A stretch of DNA of 64,000 bases, taken from an uncultured Bacteroidales bacterium. GTDB taxonomy: Bacteria > Bacteroidota > Bacteroidia > Bacteroidales > VadinHA17. The notes under the pieces were generated by a model, which ran no database searches, had not been told where the DNA came from, and saw nothing but the letters and a program-made list of their open reading frames with translations. A program made the position numbers and the translations under genes. This document shows positions 9,688 through 17,946 of the stretch, piece after piece. Location: the NCBI GenBank assembly GCA_963700275.1, contig CAVOWZ010000020.1, positions 63,855-127,854 of the forward strand, given 5' to 3'. The stretch's first letter is position 1. Each line of letters begins with the position of its first letter.

Positions 9688-9780
9688 GAATTTTCTTCTA
9701 TATTTATTTCAATTTAGATTTCTGTATTTATATTAACATCTGTAAGCCTGATATGTTTACCCACTCCTGAGAAATTCACG

Positions 9781-11388
9781 TCAGGTTGCAAGCGGTTGGC
9801 CTTTGGGAAATCTGATCTGTCTTCTGGCTCCCCTGTAATTATTACGGCTTGCTTTAAAGCTTGCATTAATATATTCACCCATATAAATTTGTCCGGTAAT
9901 TGTATCTCCCGAGAGAGTTCCCGAGAATATGAACGGTACATTATCAGCTATCATGCGTTCAGAGCTGCTAAGTTTAACAAGGTCTCCCTCGATGGTACCA
10001 ACCATTTCCCGGAATGAAAAATCTCCCTTATGGGAACCCTGTATCCAGTTACCATCCTGTTCAAGAATAAAAGTGTGCTGACTCCTGCTGCTGTAGAACT
10101 CAATATCGACAGTCCATCTCCCGGTAATATCCCCGGCAGGAGGAGCCATTTCTTTTGGTTTCGGATATTGCTTTGACAGCAGTTCAAATATCCGGTCAGC
10201 AGCGATCTTATCATTTCCGGGCTGCATCTGGCCGGATGTCACACGTAACGAAGTTGTCTTTTCCTGTTCATTATTTCCACTGTGAACCGCAATTCTTGGT
10301 TTGGTTTGTGCAAGCATCTCCGCGATCTCAGGCCCTGTAATATTAAATTTTGCTGGATCCCATGAAATGAGTATCCAGGGGCTCCTGTTATTAAGGTCGG
10401 TTGGTTCCCTTAATGTAACCTTTACTCCGTTGATCGCCGAAACACGTTTGGTAATTGTATCAAGATATCCCATCCATGTTCTGTATTTCTCCTCATGATC
10501 ACGCTTGACCCAGGCCTCGACAGCTGCCAGCATTCCAAGCATTTCCTCCTTACCGACTTTATTGTCCCGTCCTGTCCCATGATGTGGTGAACTGGCCTGC
10601 CATGCCGACATCAGGATATCTTTCCTTCCCAGGAGTAATCCTGCGCACTGAGGGCCGCAAATAGCTTTCCCTCCGCTGTAGGCCACAACGGTGGCTCCTG
10701 CCTGAAGATGAACATTCGGTATCGTAAGGTCTTCAGCTGCAGCATCAACAAGAAATGGTATGTTTAACGGCTTTGCAAGAGCGGCAATCTTATCAATGGC
10801 AAATTTATTTCCGGGAAGTGTATCATTTCCTGTCATTACATATATCATTGCTGTCCGCCCGTTCAGCGCCTTGCCCAGCTCTTCAAGAGTATCAACGGTA
10901 ATGATTGTAACACCGATGTTCCTTATTGCGTGATCATATGCATTCCTTGAACTTCTGGGTATAACCACCTCGGTCTTGTCAAAGCCTGAAAGATCAGGAA
11001 TGCGTACCAGCTTTTCGGGGTTGCCACCTGCAACACAGGCCGATGTAACATGCTTCATACCGGCGGCACAGCCTGCTGATATCATCCCCCACTCAGCTTT
11101 TGTAAGCTCGGCGAGTCTCCTCCCGATCCCAAGCGCCAGCTCATCATACTGAACAAAGAAACCAGAAGCAGCATGCATGGCTTCAACAACTTCCGGCCTT
11201 TCTATCGATCCACCGATAATTGTAAATGTTCCCACACAGTTTATAACAGGTTCCACTCCTATCGACTGGTAAATATTCTGCCCCGGCTCAATCTGCCCGT
11301 TGACGGGAGATAATACTGCCTCAAGGGGCCGGAAGCCTCCGGCAAACGGTAGAATTGTCAAACTCTTAATGATGTCTCTTCGTTCCAT
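9781..11388 (-). CDS. SelA/DgaE-like PLP-dependent enzyme with twin-arginine-type signal and an extra ~130-aa C-terminal domain
   Basis: MERRDIIKSLTILPFAGG N-terminus. VVAYSGGKAICGPQCAGLLLGRKDIL PLP-lysine motif. Paralog of 6841..8049 with a beta-rich C-terminal extension. Confidence 0.75.
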   Translation of the reverse strand: MERRDIIKSLTILPFAGGFRPLEAVLSPVNGQIEPGQNIYQSIGVEPVINCVGTFTIIGGSIERPEVVEAMHAASGFFVQYDELALGIGRRLAELTKAEWGMISAGCAAGMKHVTSACVAGGNPEKLVRIPDLSGFDKTEVVIPRSSRNAYDHAIRNIGVTIITVDTLEELGKALNGRTAMIYVMTGNDTLPGNKFAIDKIAALAKPLNIPFLVDAAAEDLTIPNVHLQAGATVVAYSGGKAICGPQCAGLLLGRKDILMSAWQASSPHHGTGRDNKVGKEEMLGMLAAVEAWVKRDHEEKYRTWMGYLDTITKRVSAINGVKVTLREPTDLNNRSPWILISWDPAKFNITGPEIAEMLAQTKPRIAVHSGNNEQEKTTSLRVTSGQMQPGNDKIAADRIFELLSKQYPKPKEMAPPAGDITGRWTVDIEFYSSRSQHTFILEQDGNWIQGSHKGDFSFREMVGTIEGDLVKLSSSERMIADNVPFIFSGTLSGDTITGQIYMGEYINASFKASRNNYRGARRQIRFPKGQPLAT

Positions 11389-11432
11389 ACTTTTTATTCT
11401 TAAATTTATTTTATAAGATCACTAACATTCTT

Positions 11433-12701
11433 TTAAAATTTTATCCCCTGGTTATCAATCCGTTTACCTGCTGAAATGCCATTCTGATCATAAACAATTC
11501 TCCCACCCCGGATGGTCAGCTCCGTCTCTATCCTCCTGTCTCCGTTCAGTCTGGTGCCACCAGTATCAATAAATCCAAAGGTACCTTTTCTTATTCTGAA
11601 AACAGCAATATCTGCATCAGATCCTTCGCTTAACTGTCCCAGATCCTCACGTTTGACAGATAATGCCGAATTCCATGTAGCCCGGAAAATGATATCCTCA
11701 AAGGTCATTCCCATATTCAGGTATTTCGACATGATATCGAGCATATTTTTCATACCGGAATTCATACTGGAACGGTGAAGGTCTGATCCGAAGGAATCCG
11801 GAAGAAGCCCCTGCCTGAGCGCTGGTATTGCCACATCGAAATGAAACATTCCCCCGCCGTGTCCCACATCAAACCTTATCCCTTTTTTCTTTGCTTCTGC
11901 AACGCAGGGCCTAATCTTTCCTTTCTCGTCGAGAATACAGGTTCTGTCGGAAGCCACGCAAAAAGAATGTGTGTAAATATCTCCCGGGTTCATTCGTTTA
12001 AGAATTTCTTCAAGGGGAAGCAAAGGCAGGTGGCATTCCACAAGGAGTGGAACTCCGGCAATCTGAGCCGCTTCCGCAGCCCTGTCAAACGGTATCCATT
12101 CACTTCCCCTGTAATGGCCAATCTTAATACCGACAATGACTTCCGGATACTGATCTGCAACAATTGAGGTCATCCGGGCATCCATATCATTAATATCCTC
12201 CTCTGTGGGGAATCCTGTCATACCGGAACCGGCAATATTCAGAAATGCAAGGACCCTTGTCAGTGAACGGTCAATAACCTGCTTCTTAAATACGGGGAAA
12301 TTCCTCCAGCCCGAAGTCCCGGCATCAACAACTGTTGTAATCCCTGCTTTAAAGGTGAAGTCATCGGGGGACACGCTCGAAAATCCATCTGCAAAACCCT
12401 GATTTGATCCCACAAATACATGGGTATGAATATCGATGAGCCCCGGTGTTACATACAGATCTTTTACATCAATAACTTTTTTTGCATCTGAGGGGCTGAT
12501 ATCCGGAGCTATACGAATTATTTTACCTCCGGCAACTGCCACATCCATCTGTGAATCAATATTGTTTTTTGGATCAATAACGTGACCGCCTTTAAGAAGA
12601 ATATCTATCTGCTGCGAACTGACTGGTCCTGTAAAAGAAACAATGAAGTAAATGACCACTAAAATGATCCTGAAAATTCCTGAAATATCCTTTTTCATCA
12701 T
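11433..12701 (-). CDS. Exported amidohydrolase/deacetylase-family metallohydrolase, paralog 2
   Basis: The start is moved to the MMKKD.. ATG at 12701, which removes the overlap with the upstream stop at 12716. TM/signal segment, then IDILLKGGHVIDP.., DIHTHV, FDVGHGG, GSDADIAVF. Confidence 0.8.
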   Translation of the reverse strand: MMKKDISGIFRIILVVIYFIVSFTGPVSSQQIDILLKGGHVIDPKNNIDSQMDVAVAGGKIIRIAPDISPSDAKKVIDVKDLYVTPGLIDIHTHVFVGSNQGFADGFSSVSPDDFTFKAGITTVVDAGTSGWRNFPVFKKQVIDRSLTRVLAFLNIAGSGMTGFPTEEDINDMDARMTSIVADQYPEVIVGIKIGHYRGSEWIPFDRAAEAAQIAGVPLLVECHLPLLPLEEILKRMNPGDIYTHSFCVASDRTCILDEKGKIRPCVAEAKKKGIRFDVGHGGGMFHFDVAIPALRQGLLPDSFGSDLHRSSMNSGMKNMLDIMSKYLNMGMTFEDIIFRATWNSALSVKREDLGQLSEGSDADIAVFRIRKGTFGFIDTGGTRLNGDRRIETELTIRGGRIVYDQNGISAGKRIDNQGIKF

Positions 12702-12715
12702 CTTTACAGCAGTTG

Positions 12716-13993
12716 TTAAGGAACGGCATCCCATAAAAGTGATCCAATACCATTAAGGTCCCATACTATTCTCCCTGAGCGTATTGTCAGTTCAGCTTCA
12801 AGCTTCTGACTCCCCTTCATTTTTGTTCCGCGGACATCGGTAAAACCGAACTCACCCTTTCGCAGGCTGAAAACGGCAATATCAGCCTCTGAACCTTCTC
12901 TCAGGTTAGCAAGGTCGGTCCTCTTAATGGCTTTTGCCGGATTCAGGGTGGCACGCCTGATGACATCCTGCAGGGGCAGTCCCATATTCAGGAATTTCGA
13001 CAAGAGGTTAGCCATATCTTTCATTCCGCTGTTCATGCTTCCGGTATGAAGATCGGAGCTTATAACATCTGCAATAAAACCCTGCTGAACCGATGGGATA
13101 GCCTGTTTCCAGTGAAATGCACCGCCTCCGTGGCCTACATCAAAGATTATTCCTCTTTTCTGAGCTTCGAAAATAAAAGGTTTTACCCTTCCCTTCTCAT
13201 CAACAGGCACCTCACGGTCCTTCGGAGCATTGGCATAGGTGTGGGTCCAGATATCACCGGGCCTCAGATGTTTCATAAAGAGTTCCTCAATCGGCAATGG
13301 CGGCTGATGTTCTCCGAGATCGACCATTACGGGAACATTTGCAAGCCTTCCTGCCTCCACGGCAAGGTCTACCTGTGTAAAATCGGGTCCCCAGTAATGT
13401 GCCGACTTAACACCAACAATAATGTCGGGAAATAATCTGTTGATCATGTAAGCAGCCATTACAGGATTCATATCATTTACATCCTGTTCTTCAAATCTTC
13501 CATACATACCCGACCCGACAATATTAAGGAAAGCAAGTATTCTTGTACGTGATCTGTCTATTGTCTGTTCCTTGAATTTCCGGAAATTCCGCCATCCGGC
13601 CGATCCTGCATCAACAACCGTGGTCACCCCTGCTCTGAAAGTAAAACCATCCGGGGGCAGCGCATCCCAGCCATCAGCAATATATGATCCCGGATCGGTT
13701 CCATGGAATGCATGAACATGCATATCAATCAGTCCCGGAGTCACATACATTCCTCTTACATCAATTACTTTAGCTGCATTGTCTGCAGGTATATCAGGAG
13801 CAACACGGAAGATCTTATCCTTAACTATGGCCACGTCCATCGGAGCGTCAATATTGCCTGCAGGATCTATAACGTGCCCTCCCTTCAGAAGGATATCAAT
13901 AGCCTGTCCAAAAGATGGCGAAGTTCCCTGATAACACCAAAACACTGGCAGCACCAGAGCTATCCTTAATAGTGATGAATAGCATTTCTTCAT
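12716..13993 (-). CDS. Exported amidohydrolase/deacetylase-family metallohydrolase, paralog 3
   Basis: The start is moved to MKKCYSSLL.. (ATG at 13993). Signal peptide, then IDILLKGGHVIDP.., DMHVHA, FDVGHGG, GSEADIAVF. It is in tandem with paralog 2. Confidence 0.8.
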   Translation of the reverse strand: MKKCYSSLLRIALVLPVFWCYQGTSPSFGQAIDILLKGGHVIDPAGNIDAPMDVAIVKDKIFRVAPDIPADNAAKVIDVRGMYVTPGLIDMHVHAFHGTDPGSYIADGWDALPPDGFTFRAGVTTVVDAGSAGWRNFRKFKEQTIDRSRTRILAFLNIVGSGMYGRFEEQDVNDMNPVMAAYMINRLFPDIIVGVKSAHYWGPDFTQVDLAVEAGRLANVPVMVDLGEHQPPLPIEELFMKHLRPGDIWTHTYANAPKDREVPVDEKGRVKPFIFEAQKRGIIFDVGHGGGAFHWKQAIPSVQQGFIADVISSDLHTGSMNSGMKDMANLLSKFLNMGLPLQDVIRRATLNPAKAIKRTDLANLREGSEADIAVFSLRKGEFGFTDVRGTKMKGSQKLEAELTIRSGRIVWDLNGIGSLLWDAVP

Positions 13994-14161
13994 TCGTAAA
14001 AGTTTATTTTCGCTTATCACATTGGAAATCGCGAATATTTGCAGGTAAGCAAAACAAATGAGCAATAAAGATAACATAATTACACAGATTTTATATTTTT
14101 ACAATTCAGTAAGATAAAATGCATCATGATTTATCAGCCAAAGACCTTCAACTTTATATAC

Positions 14162-14234
14162 TTACCCCCTTTCTTATTTCCCCCAGGGGGGAAAAGTTCT
14201 CCTTCCCCCTGGGGGAAGGCCGGGAAGGGGGTAA
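14162..14234. repeat. 73-nt G/C-run palindromic element, copy 2 (inverted relative to copy 1)
   Basis: ttaccccctttcttatttcccccaggggggaaaagttctccttccccctgggggaaggccgggaagggggtaa. It equals the reverse complement of 6193-6265 except for 4 central positions. Confidence 0.85.
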
Positions 14235-14303
14235 TTAATATTCTTTTGAAACATTTGAATAAAATAATTTAATATCATAGAATCCATAAATAATACAACT
14301 AAT

Positions 14304-15179
14304 ATGAAGAAATTAACAAGACGTCAGTTTATAGGCAGAAGCGCCCTCGGGATAGGCTCAGCTTTTGTTGCTTCGCATATTCCAATGGACCTTAAAGCCG
14401 GTTCATTGGCAAGACCTGTCAGATATCCTCTTGGCTTCCAGGTATGGACAATAAAGGACCAGCTTATCAAAGATTTTGCTGGAACACTTAAAATGATGGC
14501 CGGCATGGGGTATAAAAGTGTTGAAATGTGTTCTCCTCCCGGATATGAGAGTTCAGGATTTGGTCCGTTAATGAAAATGTCAGGAAAAGAAATGCGCAAA
14601 ATAATGAATGACCTCGGTTTGCAGTTTGAGAGCACGCATTATGGCATGAATGAACTCAGGAATAACCTTGATGAGCGTATAAAGTTCGCTTCAGAATCGG
14701 GACAGAAGCAAATGATCCTTTCCAGCTTCGGATTGCCAAAGGATGCCACAATGAGCGACTGGATGAAAGCTGCTGATGAACTGAATAAAATAGGTGAAAG
14801 AACAAAGAAAGCAGGTATCCAGACCGGATTCCATAATCATCACACAGAATTTACGAAGATCGATAATGTGCTGATATATGATGCACTGCTCAGGCAGTTC
14901 GATCCCGAACTTGTGAAAATGCAGTTCCAGGTTGCAGTGATCAGTATCGGCATTAAAGCTGCAGATTACTTTAATAAATATCCCGGAAGATTCATTTCGG
15001 CTCACCTCGCTGATTATTCGGTTCTCGAGGAGAAAAGTGTTCCCCTCGGAAAGGGTATCGTAGACTGGAAAGAATTCTTTGATTCAACAAACAAGGGTGG
15101 AGTAAAGAATGTCTTTATTGAGATGGATCCGGCAACCTTCAAGGAGAGCGCTCAGTTTATTCAGAATCTGCAGTATTGA
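14304..15179 (+). CDS. Xylose-isomerase-like TIM-barrel protein (sugar phosphate isomerase/epimerase family) with twin-arginine signal
   Basis: MKKLTRRQFIGRSALGIGSAFVAS signal. TIM-barrel family pattern (GYKSVEM.., GFHNHHTEF..). Confidence 0.8.
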   Translation: MKKLTRRQFIGRSALGIGSAFVASHIPMDLKAGSLARPVRYPLGFQVWTIKDQLIKDFAGTLKMMAGMGYKSVEMCSPPGYESSGFGPLMKMSGKEMRKIMNDLGLQFESTHYGMNELRNNLDERIKFASESGQKQMILSSFGLPKDATMSDWMKAADELNKIGERTKKAGIQTGFHNHHTEFTKIDNVLIYDALLRQFDPELVKMQFQVAVISIGIKAADYFNKYPGRFISAHLADYSVLEEKSVPLGKGIVDWKEFFDSTNKGGVKNVFIEMDPATFKESAQFIQNLQY

Positions 15180-15180
15180 T

Positions 15181-15316
15181 TCCAGGTTCCAGGCCTTGCC
15201 AGCCGAAGCCTTGGCGAAGGCTGGTTTCAGGTTTCACATGCAGGGCCTCGGCAAAGGCTCCCCTCCAGGGAGAGCCTGTCCCGCGAAAGCGGGAGGATGG
15301 GGGTGGGTTTTTTAGG
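15181..15316. repeat. GC-rich multi-hairpin intergenic element ending in a terminator-like hairpin
   Basis: ccagcc(15199-15204)/ggctgg(15219-15224); ctccc..gggag; cccgc-gaaa-gcggg (15280-15293), followed by a G-rich tract and a T-run at 15308-15313. It contrasts strongly with the flanking AT-rich DNA. Confidence 0.45.
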
Positions 15317-15402
15317 CGCAGAGATTAGTGCTCAGTCTTGAAATAGAAGCATGGAACCTTAGACTATAAACATCAAGTTAAATTAATACAACTTAATTCT
15401 CT

Positions 15403-16539
15403 ATGAAGAAATTATTAACCTTCGCAGCATTATGTCTGTTGGTTTCATGTAACAGCATTGAAAAAACAAAAATACCCTGTTATGCCTGGCTTAGCGGTCC
15501 GGGAAATGCCACTGATGCTGAACTGGAAGCAAATTTCAACGATTTAAAGGCCAAAGGAATAGACGGATTGATGTATTCAGGGGGACAGGATCCGGAAACC
15601 TATAAAAGGGTAGGAAAGCTTGTTAAAAAAGCAGGAATGGAATTTCATACCTGGATACCGACACTTGTACAGAACCCCCGGCCTGAGCTTAAACCGGAAT
15701 TGTATGCAGTGAACGGACTCGGGGAATCAGCTTACGACAAGCCTGCTTACGTCGATCATTATAAGTTCCTGTGCCCAAACCGTGAAGAAGTCTATCAGTT
15801 CCTCGAAAATATGTATGGAAAAATTGCAGATATTCCGGAAGTTGATGGCATTCATCTCGATTTTATAAGATTCCCTGATGTAATCCTCGCTCCTGGTCTC
15901 TGGGAAAAATACGGGCTTGTAATGGACAGGGAATTTCCTCAGTTTGACTACTGTTATTGCGATAAATGTTTGACAGATTTTAAGGCAAAAACAGGAATTG
16001 ATATTAAGTCGGTGCCTGATCCCTCCGCCGTACCGGAATGGAAACAGTTCCGCTATGACCTTATAACTGATATGGTTAACCGGCTTACTGTTATGGTTCA
16101 TTCGAAAAATAAACAGATGAATGCTGCTGTTTTTCCGGGACCGAATTCAATTGCGAAAAAAATAGTCAGACAGGAGTGGGATAAATGGGATATTGATGCC
16201 TTCTTCCCTATGAATTACAATGATTTTTACCTGGAAGGACCTGAATGGATAGGAGAAGTATCAAAAGAAGCGGTAATGACAATCAATAATTCCAAACCTG
16301 TTTACAGCGGATTATTCATCTGTCCGGAACCGGAGAAGAAAGCTTCAGAAAAGGATCCTGAAAATCATGGTCTTGTACCCGGAGAGCTCGAAGCAGCAAT
16401 AAGGGAATCAATGGAGAACGGATCTGCAGGTATCTGCTTATTTACACCAGACAGGATGACTTCAGAGGGCTGGAAAATATTTGAGAAGGCAATCCGGACA
16501 AAATATGTAAACAAAATCTTCCCGTCCGAAGAGTATTGA
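15403..16539 (+). CDS. Lipoprotein, glycoside-hydrolase-like GHL10 (YngK-like) TIM-barrel family
   Basis: Lipobox ..LLVSCNS. The GIHLDFIRFPD motif is typical of the GHL10 family. Assignment comes from motif recall only. Confidence 0.5.
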   Translation: MKKLLTFAALCLLVSCNSIEKTKIPCYAWLSGPGNATDAELEANFNDLKAKGIDGLMYSGGQDPETYKRVGKLVKKAGMEFHTWIPTLVQNPRPELKPELYAVNGLGESAYDKPAYVDHYKFLCPNREEVYQFLENMYGKIADIPEVDGIHLDFIRFPDVILAPGLWEKYGLVMDREFPQFDYCYCDKCLTDFKAKTGIDIKSVPDPSAVPEWKQFRYDLITDMVNRLTVMVHSKNKQMNAAVFPGPNSIAKKIVRQEWDKWDIDAFFPMNYNDFYLEGPEWIGEVSKEAVMTINNSKPVYSGLFICPEPEKKASEKDPENHGLVPGELEAAIRESMENGSAGICLFTPDRMTSEGWKIFEKAIRTKYVNKIFPSEEY

Positions 16540-16619
16540 GTTAAACAGGAAATAACCGGATGATGAAATACCTTTCAGTCAGGAGGTAGCTCACTTTCAA
16601 TAAATTTTGTTGGGTACTA

Positions 16620-16976
16620 ATGATAAAATACTACAGATCTGCTTCAGGACAGGTAATAGCGGAATTAACAGATGAAACAGAAAAAATCGTCGAAGTCGGG
16701 GATATCCTTGATATGATCGCTGAAATTGGCCAGAATGACTGCGGTGCCCTGATAATACGCGATTCTGCTTTAAACAAAGATTTTTTTGATCTTAAAACCG
16801 GATTTGCCGGTGAGATCCTTCAGAAATTCTCAAATTACAGGGTCAGACTGGCAATTACAGGAGATTTTTCGAAATATCCGGGTAAAAGCCTCAATGATTT
16901 TATCCGGGAATGTAACCGTGGGAATCAGATATTCTTTGTCCCGTCAGCCGGGGAAGCCCTAATCAGGTTAGGATAA
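16620..16976 (+). CDS. DUF4180-domain protein
   Basis: The motif series ..GEILQKFSNYRVRLAITGDFSKY..SLNDFIRECNRGNQIFFV matches my recollection of the DUF4180 family. Confidence 0.55.
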   Translation: MIKYYRSASGQVIAELTDETEKIVEVGDILDMIAEIGQNDCGALIIRDSALNKDFFDLKTGFAGEILQKFSNYRVRLAITGDFSKYPGKSLNDFIRECNRGNQIFFVPSAGEALIRLG

Positions 16977-16994
16977 ACATAAATTGAAGGAGTA

Positions 16995-17732
16995 ATGGAA
17001 AAGGGGGGAAATCAGAATACAGGTATATTGAAGAAAATAAGGACGTTCATTGAGATAGTGATCTCGATGGCCGGATTTGTTCCACACAGTGCTACCTTTT
17101 TCAGGATAATCATTATGGCAGCTTCCCTTGGGTTTTCATTTTACCTTACAATTTATAATCCTCTCAATCACGGGATAGCAATAATATATTTTATTCTTGC
17201 GGAAATTCTCTATCTCGGTTTTATATCATCTGTGCTTCCGGAGAACGGATTGCGCCATTGGTTCATGCGGAAATGGGGTGATGAAAAGAAAGGGTACCGT
17301 GCTTTTGAAACCATTCTTGGATTTCTGTTTTTTCATAATGGTGCAAGCATTGGTTATATAGCATCTTCTTCACCGGGTACATTATTTAACATTGATGACA
17401 GAGGTGTAATTTTCCTGTTCCTGCCGATTCTCATTGCCTTCGGGTTCATTATAAAAATATGGGCAGCAAAGGTGGTTTCTGTGGATATTTATTACTGGAA
17501 GGATATGTTCCTCGGGAGGAAGATCTGCGATTTCGCTGTAACCGGTCCTTATAAATACTTCAGCAACCCGATGTATGGTATCGGCCAGCTCCCGGCATAT
17601 GCAAGCGCTTTATGGTACGGATCTAAAATCGGGCTGATTGCAGCTGTTGTGAATCAGCTTCTTATTTTTACATTTTATTTCCTCGCCGAAAAGAAATTCA
17701 TTAAAAGGGTCTACCTGAGTGAAGGGAAATAA
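16995..17732 (+). CDS. Polytopic membrane protein, ICMT/PEMT-like methyltransferase family
   Basis: Multiple TM helices. The C-terminal GPYKYFSNPMY motif resembles the isoprenylcysteine carboxyl / phospholipid methyltransferase signature. Confidence 0.45.
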   Translation: MEKGGNQNTGILKKIRTFIEIVISMAGFVPHSATFFRIIIMAASLGFSFYLTIYNPLNHGIAIIYFILAEILYLGFISSVLPENGLRHWFMRKWGDEKKGYRAFETILGFLFFHNGASIGYIASSSPGTLFNIDDRGVIFLFLPILIAFGFIIKIWAAKVVSVDIYYWKDMFLGRKICDFAVTGPYKYFSNPMYGIGQLPAYASALWYGSKIGLIAAVVNQLLIFTFYFLAEKKFIKRVYLSEGK

Positions 17733-17856
17733 CTTCAACAACCACACATAAAAACTACGTATTAAAATACGTTTCTTAATACATATTATAATACGTAGAT
17801 AATATGCCTGTTACCACATCCGTTCTTAACGCCTTATTACCTTAACGCCGCAATAC

Positions 17857-17888
17857 GTAATGCCGTAATGCCGTAATGCCGTAATACC
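17857..17888. repeat. 8-nt tandem array (GTAATGCC x3 + GTAATACC)
   Basis: gtaatgcc gtaatgcc gtaatgcc gtaatacc, read directly. It is preceded by degenerate tacgta-containing copies from about 17750 onward. Confidence 0.85.
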
Positions 17889-17906
17889 TAAGACACCTTC
17901 CTTCCT

Positions 17907-17946
17907 CTGTGCCACTGCGCCCCTGCGCCGCTGTGCCTCTGCGCCC
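17907..17946. repeat. 8-nt tandem array (CTGYGCCN x5)
   Basis: ctgtgcca ctgcgccc ctgcgccg ctgtgcct ctgcgccc. It abuts the stop codon (17947-17949) of the minus-strand TIM-barrel gene. Confidence 0.85.

Noticed and set aside
13994-14077. 5' extensions of track ORFs. Examples are 12716..14077, 11433..12734, 53209..54384, 60853..62574, 18839..20797 and 38258..41401.
   Set aside because: Internal Met codons give canonical signal peptides or family-typical N-termini and remove the gene overlaps. The extensions have no signal-like or conserved features.
15109-15315. 68-aa plus-strand ORF running out of the TIM-barrel gene into the spacer
   Set aside because: It is an out-of-frame read-through of the gene's 3' end followed by translation of the GC-rich hairpin element (..PAEALAKAGF..PAKAGGWGWVF), so it is not credible coding sequence.
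17857-17946. Tandem arrays here and at 24806-24870 and 56350-56390, considered as CRISPR arrays
   Set aside because: The units are 6-11 nt and directly abutting, with no spacers. There are no cas genes in the window, and array lengths are only 32-65 nt.
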